Source: Mobula hypostoma
Lineage: Eukaryota
Direction: 5' to 3'
Length of the DNA stretch: 64,000 nucleotides
Assembly (NCBI RefSeq): GCF_963921235.1
Contig: NC_086107.1
Span: 94,738,001 to 94,802,000 of the forward strand
The notes beneath the pieces were generated by a model. That model did no database searches. It was not told where the DNA came from and saw only the letters and a list, made by a program, of their open reading frames with translations. The position numbers and the translations under genes were made by a program. Positions 11,684 through 22,669 of this stretch are shown here, piece by piece (positions within the stretch are counted from its first letter, which is position 1; each line of letters opens with the position of its first letter).

Positions 11684-12892
11684 CAGGGGTCCCCAACCTT
11701 TTTTGCACTGCGGACTGGTTTAATATTGACAATATTCTTGCGGACCGGTCGACCGGGGGGGTGGGTAGAGTTGCCAACGAACAAGAGTAGCAGTCAAATG
11801 CGTTGTTTACCCAAAAGACTACAATGACCATGAAGCCTTGCGCGGCACCAATGCGCATGCGCGTCGTGACCTACCGATTCCTCCCCCCCCCCAAAGCAAA
11901 TCTTTTTTGGCGATTCTGTTCGTGGGGGTGGGTGTTAATCACTACCGGAGTATAGGTGATAAGTGGGTAATACACTCAATTTTGTTTCTAAAAGGGTTTA
12001 TCTAACGAATTTAATATTAAACACACAGCACATATTTTCCACACATGGATATAATGATAAGTCAATTATCAGGGGAGTTTGAAGTGTTGAACGAACTTCC
12101 AGTAGAAGTGGCAGAAGCAGGTTCGATATGATCATTTAAAGAAAAATTTGGATAGGTATATGGACAGGAAAGGAATGGAGGGTTGTGGGCTGAGTGCAGG
12201 TCGGTGGGACTAGGTGAGAGTAGCGTTCGGCACGGACTAGAAGGGCCGAGATGGCCTGTTTCCGTGCTGTAATTGTTATATGGTTATATAGGTCACTTAT
12301 AAGTCAATAGCATCATAACATTTTAAATAGTATTTGGATATTAAACGCACAGCACATATTTTCCCCGTATGAATATATAAAATCATTGCAACACACCAAT
12401 ATCGCTGAATCAGCAGGAACCCTGGGCTTGTTTTCCTGCAACAACACGGTGCCATCGAGGGGTGACGGGAGACAGCAATACTCGAAGGGGGTTCCTTATG
12501 TCCAGTCTATTCCGCAGTTTAGCTTTCGTTGCATTCATCGCAGAAAACTCCGCTTCACAGAAAAATGTTGGAAATGAAAGCAATATTTTCAGTGCTTTCA
12601 TGGCTATCTCAGGATATTTAGCCTTGACTTTGATCCAAAATGCCGACAGAGATGTTATGTCAAACATACTTTTCAGCCCGTCGTCATTTGCAAGCTCGAG
12701 GAGTTGATCGCCTTCCCGCCCTGGCACGGATGACGCGCAGGTCATGACCTCGCATGCGTAATGGTTGATCAGTGGCCGTGACAGGGAATGAGGAAAGGTG
12801 CAGCTGACCAAATCATATCGCTTCCTCGCGGACCAGTAGCGCATGCTCTGCGGCCCGCTACCGGTCCGCGGCCCGGTGGTTGGGGACCGCTG
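11684..12892 (-). mobile_element. Non-autonomous hAT (Buster-type) transposon
   Basis: TIRs CAGGGGTCCCCAACC / GGTTGGGGACCGCTG. Perfect 8-bp TSD CCCTAAGA (11676-11683, 12893-12900; nnnTAnnn pattern). Transposase C-terminus in ORF 12410-12844. Confidence 0.92.
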
Positions 12893-13404
12893 CCCTAAGA
12901 CAGTCTTACACTGAGTTCAATGCCAATGGCAACTCCTGCGACTCTATTGGTACCAAAACTGCCGTTCCTTTGGGTTCACAAGCTGTGTGGAGAGGGGGAG
13001 CTTGATACATGGGCAACAGCTTGCTCTCCATATCCTACTGCCCAGGCTTGCGTATCTAGACAGCTAGGACACAATATCCATGGTCAACTCTGACCGACAG
13101 AGGCCTCAGCAGCCTGGAATTACAGGGGTGTATGTGGTGTCCAGTGATGGGTAGTACCTCTGGCAAAGGGGCTTGTCGTATCCATCCTGGGGCACCTGTG
13201 GCTTCCAGTAGCTGTTTTCATGCCACAAGCTGGTACACCAGTTCAACTGGCGGGCTAAACCAAGTGATGGTAGCCAATTGGCCTCACAGGGACGTGCCCG
13301 GCCTAGCATGCAACGGCAGCTCCAGAGGACTGAGCGGATGAGACTAACAGTGAGGACGCAAGGTAGTTCTGCAACACTTAATGGAAAGACAGAGGGCATC
13401 AAAA

Positions 13405-14400
13405 CATGGAACACAGAACAGTAAAGCACAGGAATGGGCCTTTTGGCCCACAATGTTATGCCGAACCAATTAAATTGTTAATTGAATGGCTAATCAAACT
13501 AATCTCTTCTGCCTACACTATATCCATATCATTCCATTTTCCTCACATTCATGAGTCTATCTGAACATCTCTTAAAATTCTCACGTGTCTGTCTCTACCA
13601 CCACCACCTCAGGCAGCATATTCCAAGCACCCACCGAGCTGTGTAAAAAACATACTCTTCAGACCTCCTTTGAAATCACTCCCTCACTTTAAATGCATGC
13701 CCTCTGGTATTAGATATTGCAACCTTTGGAAAAGGGTATTGTCCATCTAATTCTATCTATGCCCCCTCGATCTTATAATCCTCTATCAGAGCTCCCCTCA
13801 GCCTCTCCACTCCAGAGAAAACAACCCAAGTTTATCCAAACTCGTTATAGGACATGCCCTCTAATCCAGACAACATCCTGGTAAACTTCTTCTGCACCCT
13901 CTCCAAAACCTCGACATCGTTCCTGCAATGGGATAACCAGAACTGTATGCAACAATCCAGTGCAGCCTAACTAGAGCTTTATAAAGATGCAACATAACTT
14001 CCTCACTTTTGAACTCATTGCCTTGACTAATAAATCCAAGCATACCATAAGCCTAATTATCCACCCTATCAATCTCTCAAATATTGAGATCAAATCTGCA
14101 TTCACCACTTCTGTTGGCAGCTCATTCTACACTGTCATCATCCTCTGAATAAAGTACCCTCTCAGGTTCCTCTTAATATTTTATCTTTCATCCTTAACCC
14201 ATGTCCTCTTGTTCTAGTCTCACATAAACTTCAGTGGAAAAAGCATGCTTGCATTTACCCTATAACTTTGTATACCTTTATCAAATCTCCCCTCGTTCTC
14301 TTACGCTCCAGGGAATAAAGTCCTACTCTATTCAGCCTTTCCCGATACCTCAGGTCTTCAAGTCCCAGCAACATCTTTGTAAATTTTCTCTGCACTTTGA
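13405..14400 (-). mobile_element. CR1 LINE fragments
   Basis: MLGFISQG.EFKS.EVMLHLYKALVRLH motif and CR1 3' UTR. Confidence 0.75.
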
Positions 14401-14518
14401 GAAGTCAAAGAGCTCGTCAGCATCACAGTTCAAATTAGGTAGCAAAGGCCATTCGTCTCAGCCAGCCAACAGCAGAAGTTTGAGTGAGTTAGATGAAAAG
14501 GCAGCTACATGCATCTAC

Positions 14519-14694
14519 CTGATATGCCTGTGAGACGGAAGGGATTGCCTGGGGCTGAGATGGTGGTTGTGATTGCGACAGTTGGGGTGCCTGCGACTGA
14601 CTGGACAATAGACTTGGCTGCTGTTGTACTGATGACTGTGGCTGCGGTGGGACTGGCTTCTGTGGCACCGTGTTGGTTGCTACTGTCCCTCCAC
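14519..14694 (-). CDS. MED25: MED25 coding exon 7 (Q/S/P-rich)
   Basis: cccattcag|(G)GGTVATNTVPQKPVPPQPQ...SVSQAYQ|gtagat, 176 nt. Phases fit exons 6 and 8. Confidence 0.85.
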
Positions 14695-14974
14695 CTGAAT
14701 GGGCACAAAAAATAGTCAATGTGGACCAATGATTAGCTAAAGAGAACACTTCCATTCTTAAAATATGTGCACGTTACAAACTTCCAATGACTTATTGGTG
14801 GAGATGGCACAGTTGTTCATGACTGTGCAATGAACTGCTATGTTCACTTTCTCCACAATATTACAATACTTGCCCCAGAAAGTCTGTCTAACTTAAGTGG
14901 CCATATTTTTGCAAGTTTCAAGTTAATCACAAGAACAATCCTGCAATGAAACAGCAAACATTTGAAGAGCTTTT

Positions 14975-15410
14975 GATGGTGTTGGACTTGTATTTGGAGG
15001 AGTTTAGAAGAATGAGGGGGGAATCTCATTGAAACCTATTGAATATTGAAAGGTTTATATACAATGGACATGGAAAGGATGTTTCCTATAGTGGAGAAGA
15101 CTAGGACCAGAGGGCACAGCCTCAGAATAGAAGGAAGTCTGTTTAGAATAGAAATGAGGAGGAATTTCTTTAGCCAGGGGGTGGTTGAAACTGTGGAATT
15201 CATTGTCATGGACAGCTGTGGGGGCCATTTCATTTGGTATATTTAAAGTGGAGGTTGCTATGTTCTTAATGAGTAAACATGTCAAAGGTTACAGGGAGAA
15301 GGCAGGACAATGAGGTTGAGAGGGTTAATAAATCAACCCTGGAGTGGTGGAGAAGACTCAGATGGGCTGAATGGCCTTATGCTCCTGTCGTATGGTCTTA
15401 TTATGGTCTA
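14975..15410 (+). mobile_element. CR1 LINE 3' fragment
   Basis: KGL..MDMERMFP..TRTRGHSLRI..RRNFFSQ followed by a 3' UTR. Confidence 0.8.
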
Positions 15411-15864
15411 AGCAGAGAAAGGTACAAGTTTGGTCTTCAAACTGAAGTCTTAAACTGGCAGAAGGCTGGTTTCAATAAGAGCAACAGAGAACGACAAAAG
15501 CAGACTAGAAGCACATGGTTGAAGGAAAAACAACATCTGACAAGTTGGATTTTTCTTTTAAAACAGTTCGTAAAAGTTCAGTAGGGTAAAAGGAATGGTT
15601 TGCAGAATTAAGAAAACTTGGATAACAAAAGTTATTGAAGATTTGATCAAGGAAAAAAAAGGAAGCATATTATAGGTATCGCTGACTACAATCAAGTGAG
15701 TCTCATGAGGAATAAATAAGATTAAAGAGAATCTCTAATTATTCTAAACAATTAGGAGCAAAAGGGAAAGAATGGGTCTCCTTAAGGACCAAAGGGGTAT
15801 TCTACACGTGGGGCCAGCTGTCCTAAATGAATATTTCCCTGGTATTTGCCATGAAGACTGGAGC

Positions 15865-16210
15865 ATTTTCTGTCTGGAGGTTGGTGGCCTGATAATCTAT
15901 TCTGGGACCCCTGCCCTTTGTGATTTTAGTAAATGACTTGGATGAGGAAATGGAAGGGTGGGTTACTAAGTTTGCAGATGACATGAAGGTTGGTGGTGGT
16001 GTGGATAGTGTAGGAGGTTATTGTAAGCTACAACAGGACATTGATAAGATGCAGAGCTGGGCTAAGAAATGGCAGATGGAGTTCAACACAGTAAAGTGTG
16101 AAATGAAGGTCGAACTTCAGGACAGAATACAGGGTTACTGGCAAGATTCAGAGCAGTGTGGAGGGACAAAGGGAACTTGGAGTGCAAATCCATGGATCCC
16201 TCAAAGTTGT
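15865..16210 (+). mobile_element. CR1 RT fragment
   Basis: NDLDEEMEGWVTKFADDMKVGG..LQQDIDKMQSWAKKWQMEFN. Confidence 0.8.
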
Positions 16211-17671
16211 TGAAGACCAGGCTCTGTCAGTAACCTGACTTTGTGTGTCATTTTTTTTAAAAATCGGGAGGGCAGCTCTACAACTCACACCTCCAATCGC
16301 ATCTCATTGATTGGAACACCTGACTCCAAATAGCTTTTGCAGACGGCATTACCCCAGAGGTTCGCATACTTTTTCCAACCAATACATGTAATACTGAATT
16401 ATTTTTTCTTAATAAATGGACAAGTATAATGTTTTTAATGTTATTTATTTAATTGGGTTCTCTTTATCTAGTTTTAGGACTTGCATGAAAATCTGATCAT
16501 ATTTTTGGTCATATTTATGCAGAAACAGAGAAAATTTCACAAGGTTCACAAACTTTCTTGCACCACTGAAGTCTAAGTGGACAGCCAGAGGAGCCATAAT
16601 TTTAAGGTGATTGGAAGAAAGTATAGAGGAGATGTCGGAGGTAGATTTATTTCCTACCTCGAGTGGTGGGTGTATGGAATGTGCTACAGGGGTGGAGGCA
16701 GAGGCAGATACATTTGGGGCATTCAAGAAACCCTTAAGCATATGAATGATAGAAAAATGGAGGGGTATGTAGGAGGGAAGGGTTAAATGGTTGGCACAAC
16801 TTTGTGGCTGAAGAGCCCTTATTGTGTAGTGATGGCTTCTTACAGCTCAGAGTGACGGAGCTCGGAGCTCAGTTCTGCCGCTGGCTGTAAGGAGTTTGTA
16901 CGTTCTCCGGTGACAGCGTGGGTTTCCTCCAGGCTGTTCTGGTTTCATCGCAGAGTCTAAATGCCGATCAGTAGGTTAATTGGTCATTGTAAACTGTCTT
17001 GTGATTAGGCTCATGTTGAACAGCTGGGCTGCTGGTCAGTAGGACTCTTTGGGCTGGAGGGGCCTGGTTCCGCACTGTATCTCTACATAAATAATAACAA
17101 CACTTCGACACGAACAAGAGAGGCAAAGGACCTATCTCTATAAACTCAAAAGCATTTTAAAGGGGTGTCTGAAGAAGTATCATCATCATTACTCTCCAGC
17201 AGCCTCTGCTGAGAAATACACATGCAAGTGAAGTGTCTAATGAAGTCAGTGTGAGGCAGCGGCTGCCATTCTCTGCGACGGAATAACCTGCCAATGCTCA
17301 CTATCAAGGTGCATTTGTGAGAGGCACTGGAAAGTAATATTTTAAGATGGAGAAAGGAAAAAAGTAAAGCCCTGAGTCCCTTTAAATTGTAGTAGTGTGA
17401 TCAATTGAATCGAGTATGATGCTTTTCTAAGGGGATGCCTATTGGTGGCTATAGAGGGCACCTGGATCCGGGATCCACGTGTTATCTTTGAAATGTTTCC
17501 TTTGCCCACCAGGGGCTATTTGCACAGCAAGTTATTGATGACACTGAATACACAACACTTCGAGATGTTTTCTCAGAAACATGTTAATTGTTGTATTGCT
17601 CAGTATTGCTGATGCCCGGAGGTTCACAGCTTACGGCGTAACAGGTGGCCAGTGGAAGTGGTGGTCCTTAC

Positions 17672-17828
17672 CTGGAAGTACTATCCCCCGAATCATGATC
17701 ATATGGCGAGGATCCTGGCTGTAGTCCTTTAGCTGAGTCTCTATGACACCACTCAAGGCTGCTTTTTCAAAAAGCACTCTCAAGGCAGGCAGCTTACGAG
17801 GGGAGACCACGGAGAAATGGATCCCTCT
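17672..17828 (-). CDS. MED25: MED25 coding exon 6 (end of VWA domain)
   Basis: gtgcag|RGIHFSVVSPRKLPALRVLFEKAALSGVIETQLKDYSQDPRHMIMIRGIVLP-G|gtaagg, 157 nt. Confidence 0.96.
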
Positions 17829-18799
17829 CTGCACAATCGCACAATGCAACGTGTTATTAAAGGATGGTGGGAGGAAGGGGTGAGAAAACACAGATATAAC
17901 CATACACACATGTTACGGATTCCCTTGCACCATTTTTTCCAGTATGAACAAGATGACAGGTAAAAGTGAACGCCGTGCTCTCAACCTATGGACTCACTTT
18001 ACGAGGACTTAATAACTCATGTTCTCAGTGTTGTTTATTTGTTTTTGTATTTGCCCAATTTGTCTCCTTTTGCACATTTGTTGCTTGTCAGTCTTTGCTT
18101 GTGTGTAGTTTTACATTGATTGTATTACATTTCTTTGATTTATTGTGTATGCCTGCAAGAAAATGAATCCCAGGATAGTATATGGTGATATACGCACTCA
18201 GTGGCCACTTAATTAGGTACACCTGTAAACCTGCCTGTTAATACAAATATTTAATCAACCAATCATGTGGTAGCAACTCAATACATAAAAGCATACATGC
18301 ATGGTCAAAAGGTTCAGTTGTTGGCAGACCAAACATCAGATGGGGAAGAAATGTTGCTTCCACTAGCAGTTGAGTACCTGGACCCTGAGTTCTAGAGTCC
18401 CTTCACTCAAACCTTTCCACCTTAATTATTTCCTGCTATAAGATGTGAACCATGCTTTGGTCAACTGCCACAATTAGCTTTTATCTATCCTTGATTTAAG
18501 CTTTTGTTTTGTTTGATAACCATAAAACATAGGAGTAGAGTTAAGGCCATTCAGCCCATTGACTCTACTCCGCAATTCGATCATGGCTAATTTATTATCC
18601 CTCTCAATCTCATTCTCCTGCCTTCTCCCATAATGGGAGAGGAAATCTCCTTAATATTTGAACAGTATACTTGCACACATAACAAGAGAAAGTCTAAAAC
18701 ACATAATTTGACTATTCAATAAAATTGCAATTGGTATGCACCTCACTATCACCATCCTGGGGGTGGGGGTGTCTCCACCGACCAAATACTTAACTGGAT

Positions 18800-19400
18800 T
18801 AGCAACATAAACACAGTCATTTCAGGGAAATAAATAGTCAACATTTTGGGCTGAGATCCTTCATCAGCACGAGAAAGGAAGTCAACAGAAGCCAGAATTA
18901 AAAAGGTAGGAAGAGAGGGAGGAATAAAAGGTGGCAGGTGATAGGTGAGACCAGGTGAGAGGGAAGATGGGAGGTGGGGCGGTCTGAAGTAAGATGCTGG
19001 GAAGCAGTAGGCGGAAAAGGTAAAGGGTTGAAGGAGGATTCTGACAGGGGAAGAGAGTGGACCATGGAAGAAAGGGAAGGAGGAGGGTACCAGAGGGAGG
19101 CGATGGGCAGGTGAGAACGGAGCCAAAATGGGGGGAGGGGGGTGGGGGGGGAGAGAAATTACCAGATGTTAGACAAATTGATGTTCATGCCATCAAGTTG
19201 GAGGCTACCAAGACAGAATTTAAGGTAACACACATAAAAGTCGCCGGTGAACACAGCAGGCCAGGCAGCATCTCTAGGAAGAGGTACAGTCGACGTCTCA
19301 GGCCGAGACCCTTTGTCAGGACTAACTGAAAGAAGCGCTAGTAAAAGAATTTAAAGTGTTGCTCCTCCAACCTGAGTAACCTGATTAGCAGACATCCCCA
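18800..19400 (-). mobile_element. Penelope 3' end/pLTR fragments (a younger pLTR unit at ~19225-19345 nested in an older copy)
   Basis: Similar to the reverse complement of 3250-3708. AGAATTTAA flanks the inner unit on both sides. Confidence 0.7.
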
Positions 19401-19746
19401 TCTCTGACCTTGTGGAAGAAAGGCCAGCAGTGAAGAATCTGAAGTTGGTTGGACAGAGGAGTGTTCAGTGACAATGTTACACTGGAAGGAAAGAGGACTA
19501 AACTCAATCCTGCCTTATATTTGACAGACTTGGCATGTTTCCACATGGATTCCTTCGGAAAACTGGCAATGAGAGCTCTGACCCTCTTCCTCTTTTTATC
19601 CCAGAGTGCTGAGAGTCAATGCACTGCTTTGGCACAGACAAATTAATTCATTTTTGTTCCTTCCCTTAGCTTTGTTCAACATTTTCCTCCCTGAACTTAG
19701 ACACTATATTTTAGAAAATGATACTCGTCCAACCTCTTGTCTGCAA

Positions 19747-19908
19747 CCATGAGGAATTCTGCAGATGCTGGAAATTCAAGCAACACATATCAAAGTTGCT
19801 GGTGAACGCAGCAGTCCTGACGAAGGGTCTCAGCCCGAAACGTCGACTGTACCTCTTCCTAGAGATGCTGCCTGGCCTGCTGCGTTCACCAGCAACTTTG
19901 ATGTGTGT
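19747..19908. mobile_element. Fold-back Penelope pLTR mini-element
   Basis: Short inverted arm plus a full hammerhead unit. Perfect 13-bp TSD CTCTTGTCTGCAA (19734-19746 / 19909-19921). Confidence 0.85.
19812..19849 (+). ncRNA. Minimal type-I hammerhead ribozyme motif (intact)
   Basis: CAGTC-CTGACGA-A-GGG(TCTCAG)CCC-GAAA-CG-TC^GACTG, with a 5-bp stem I. Confidence 0.8.
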
Positions 19909-19934
19909 CTCTTGTCTGCAAAATATTTTAAGAT

Positions 19935-20440
19935 CGTAAGACATAGGAGCAGAATTCGGCCATTTGGCCCATTTGGTCTGCTCTGCCATTCAATCATGGC
20001 TATTCATGGCTATTACCCCTCTAAACCTCAACCGCCTACCTTCTCCCCATAATCTTTGACGCCCTTATTAATTAAGAATCCATCAACCTTCACTTTAAAT
20101 ATATCCGATGACTTGACCTCCACAGCCATCTATGGCAATGAATTCCACAGATGCATCTTCTGGCTATAAAAATTCCTCCTAATCTCTGTCTGAAGGAACC
20201 GTCTTCTATTACAAGGCTATTCCCTCTGGTTCCAGACTTCCCCACGATAAGAAACGCCGTCTCCACATCCACTCTATCTAGGCCTTTCAATATACATCCC
20301 CTCCTATTCAGCTAAACAGTGAGTACAGGCCCAGAGCCATCAAACCCTCCTCATACATGAACCCTTTAGTCCCTGGATCATTCTCATAAACCTCCTCTGG
20401 ATCCACCCTTCCTTCGATAAGGGGCCCAAAACTGCTCACC
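19935..20440 (-). mobile_element. CR1 LINE 3' fragment
   Basis: KGLDRVDVE..TRGNSL motif followed by a CR1 3' UTR. Confidence 0.75.
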
Positions 20441-21052
20441 ATCTTCTAAGAGAGCTCAAAAAGCATTGCTGAGGATCCCTACCACTACCATCAGGAAGGA
20501 GGTACAGGAGCACCTCGACTAGGACTGCCAGACTGGGTAACAGCTTCTTCCCTCCGGCTGTGAAACTAATGAGTACCCTGCCACCACTGAGGTCGTGTCG
20601 CTAGGACAGCGAGATGTTTACTGTTTGCCTATGCTGCGTACTTCACATGCAATTTTGAATTAAATTTTATTAGCTTATCTGTGGTAATATTTTGTTTTAT
20701 GTGCTGTGTGTGATATATGTACTGTGGGTGTACTGTGGTCCTGAGGAATGCTGGTTCAGTTGGTTGTATACATTTACAGTTAGACGACAATAAACTTGAA
20801 ATTGTACATCAAAGCTCACACTACAGAATGTGGGGTTGGGTCTGTCCAGGAATGCCTCACTAAAGCAGCATTAGCATCAAAACATAGAACCAAGTTCTCA
20901 ACCGGGGTATGAGCCACGAATAACAGGGACATATGCAGTAAACACGACATTCAGCACAGCCATGAAAAGGTCACCTTCCCAATTTAGATCACATGCTGCA
21001 ACCTCTCCAGTGTCCATGCTCACCCGCTCACTCGCACGGTGGGAATACTTAC

Positions 21053-21173
21053 ATCGCCGATCATCTGAACCAGATTGTCTGTTGTGAAGCCTGAATACGT
21101 GGTGCTCTCCACGGCTGGCAGGAGGTATGGAGGAGAGTTACAGATCAGAACACAGATTTTGCGGGTCTGCCCT
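21053..21173 (-). CDS. MED25: MED25 coding exon 5
   Basis: gtttcag|(I)[40 protein letters not shown]|gtaagt, 121 nt. Confidence 0.97.
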
Positions 21174-21239
21174 CTGAAACAGGAGAGGCAATTTTAAAAT
21201 CAATGCCCTTTAAATCATTGCAGACTGAATCAGCAATAG

Positions 21240-21470
21240 GTGGGTCACACCGTAGTGGTTAGGGTTAACGCTTTACAGTGCCAGCGACCTAGGTTCAATT
21301 CTGACCACTTTCTATAAGGAGTTTATACTTTCTCCCCATGACTGTGTGAGTACTTCCGGCTTCCTCCCTCATCCTGAAAATGCACGGGTGAACTGGTCAC
21401 ATGGGTGTAACTGGGTGGAGTAGGCTAGTTGGGCTGGAAGGGCCTGTCCTGTGACGCATCTCTAAATAAA
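21240..21470 (+). mobile_element. V-domain tRNA-SINE (HE1-like); related copies at ~8840-9105(-), 16820-17090(+), 21690-21955(-), 34110-34360(-), 35720-35950(-), 51115-51430(+), 52270-52470(+)
   Basis: A/B boxes (GGTTCAATTC), then AAGGAGTTT.TAC.TTCTCCCC.TGAC and, in better-preserved copies, GGGTTTCCTCCGGGTGCTC..GTTTC.TCCCACA. Confidence 0.7.
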
Positions 21471-22067
21471 AAATTAAAGCAGCAGCGTACTCTTAATGTA
21501 TGGGCGATTAAAACTGTCCACCAACTTTCTCAGAAACAAAAGATTTTGTATTATTACTCTGATGACTTGCAAAGTTATTAACTGACAGGTGTAAAAAAAA
21601 TAAACCACAACATCAGGTATGCCTTCTGATTGTTAACGCATTCCTTCTGGTAGCAGCTTGCGGTATGCAAATGGCGAAGCATAGAGTGAAACGCATCAAT
21701 TGCTCCAATGACCAACACAGTCCAAGACGTGCTGGGGGCAGCCTGCAAGTGTCGCCATGCTTTCAGTGACAGCTCCTCACTAACCCTAACCTTTGCGTCA
21801 CTGGAATGTGGAGGGAACCAGAGCACTGAGAGGAAAACCGTGCGGTCACGGGGGAAGAATGTGCGAACTCCATACAGGCAGTGCGGGGAACTGAAGCTCG
21901 ATCTTACAGCCGGCGCAGTAAAGCGTTACACTAACCACTGCGCTACCATGCTGCCCAAATCATTTTACTACACAAGTATTGATCCTTTTGGCTACGTGCA
22001 CAAAAATTAGCGAATTTAATCTTCTAGCTCCAAACAAAACTAATGAAACTGAAACAAAAATTTCTTA

Positions 22068-22244
<177 letters not shown>

Positions 22245-22669
22245 TCAGTGTCAAGGTGCAGTTTAACTTGTGGCCGCTATACACAGACGGGCTGCTGGAA
22301 GTTGCTACTGCACAACAGTGGCTATGCTATAAAACTTCGACAGTGGACAGGATTCCACTGGTTGTACCACTGCCTGGTATGGAGAGGCAACTGCACAGGA
22401 TTGGAAAAAGCTGCAGAGGGTTGTAAACTCACAGACAGCTTCACCTGGGCACCAGTCTCCCCAGCATCAAGGATATTTTCAAAAGGCAGTGCCTCAAAAA
22501 GACACATCCGTCATGACCATGAACACCACCTCATGACTTTTTTCTGCTCTTACGCTACTTATTTTAACTTAACTATTTAATATACATATATACTCACTGT
22601 AATTTTTTCTATATTTATCATATATCGCATTGTACTGCTGCTGCAAAGTCAACAAATTTCACAACGTAT

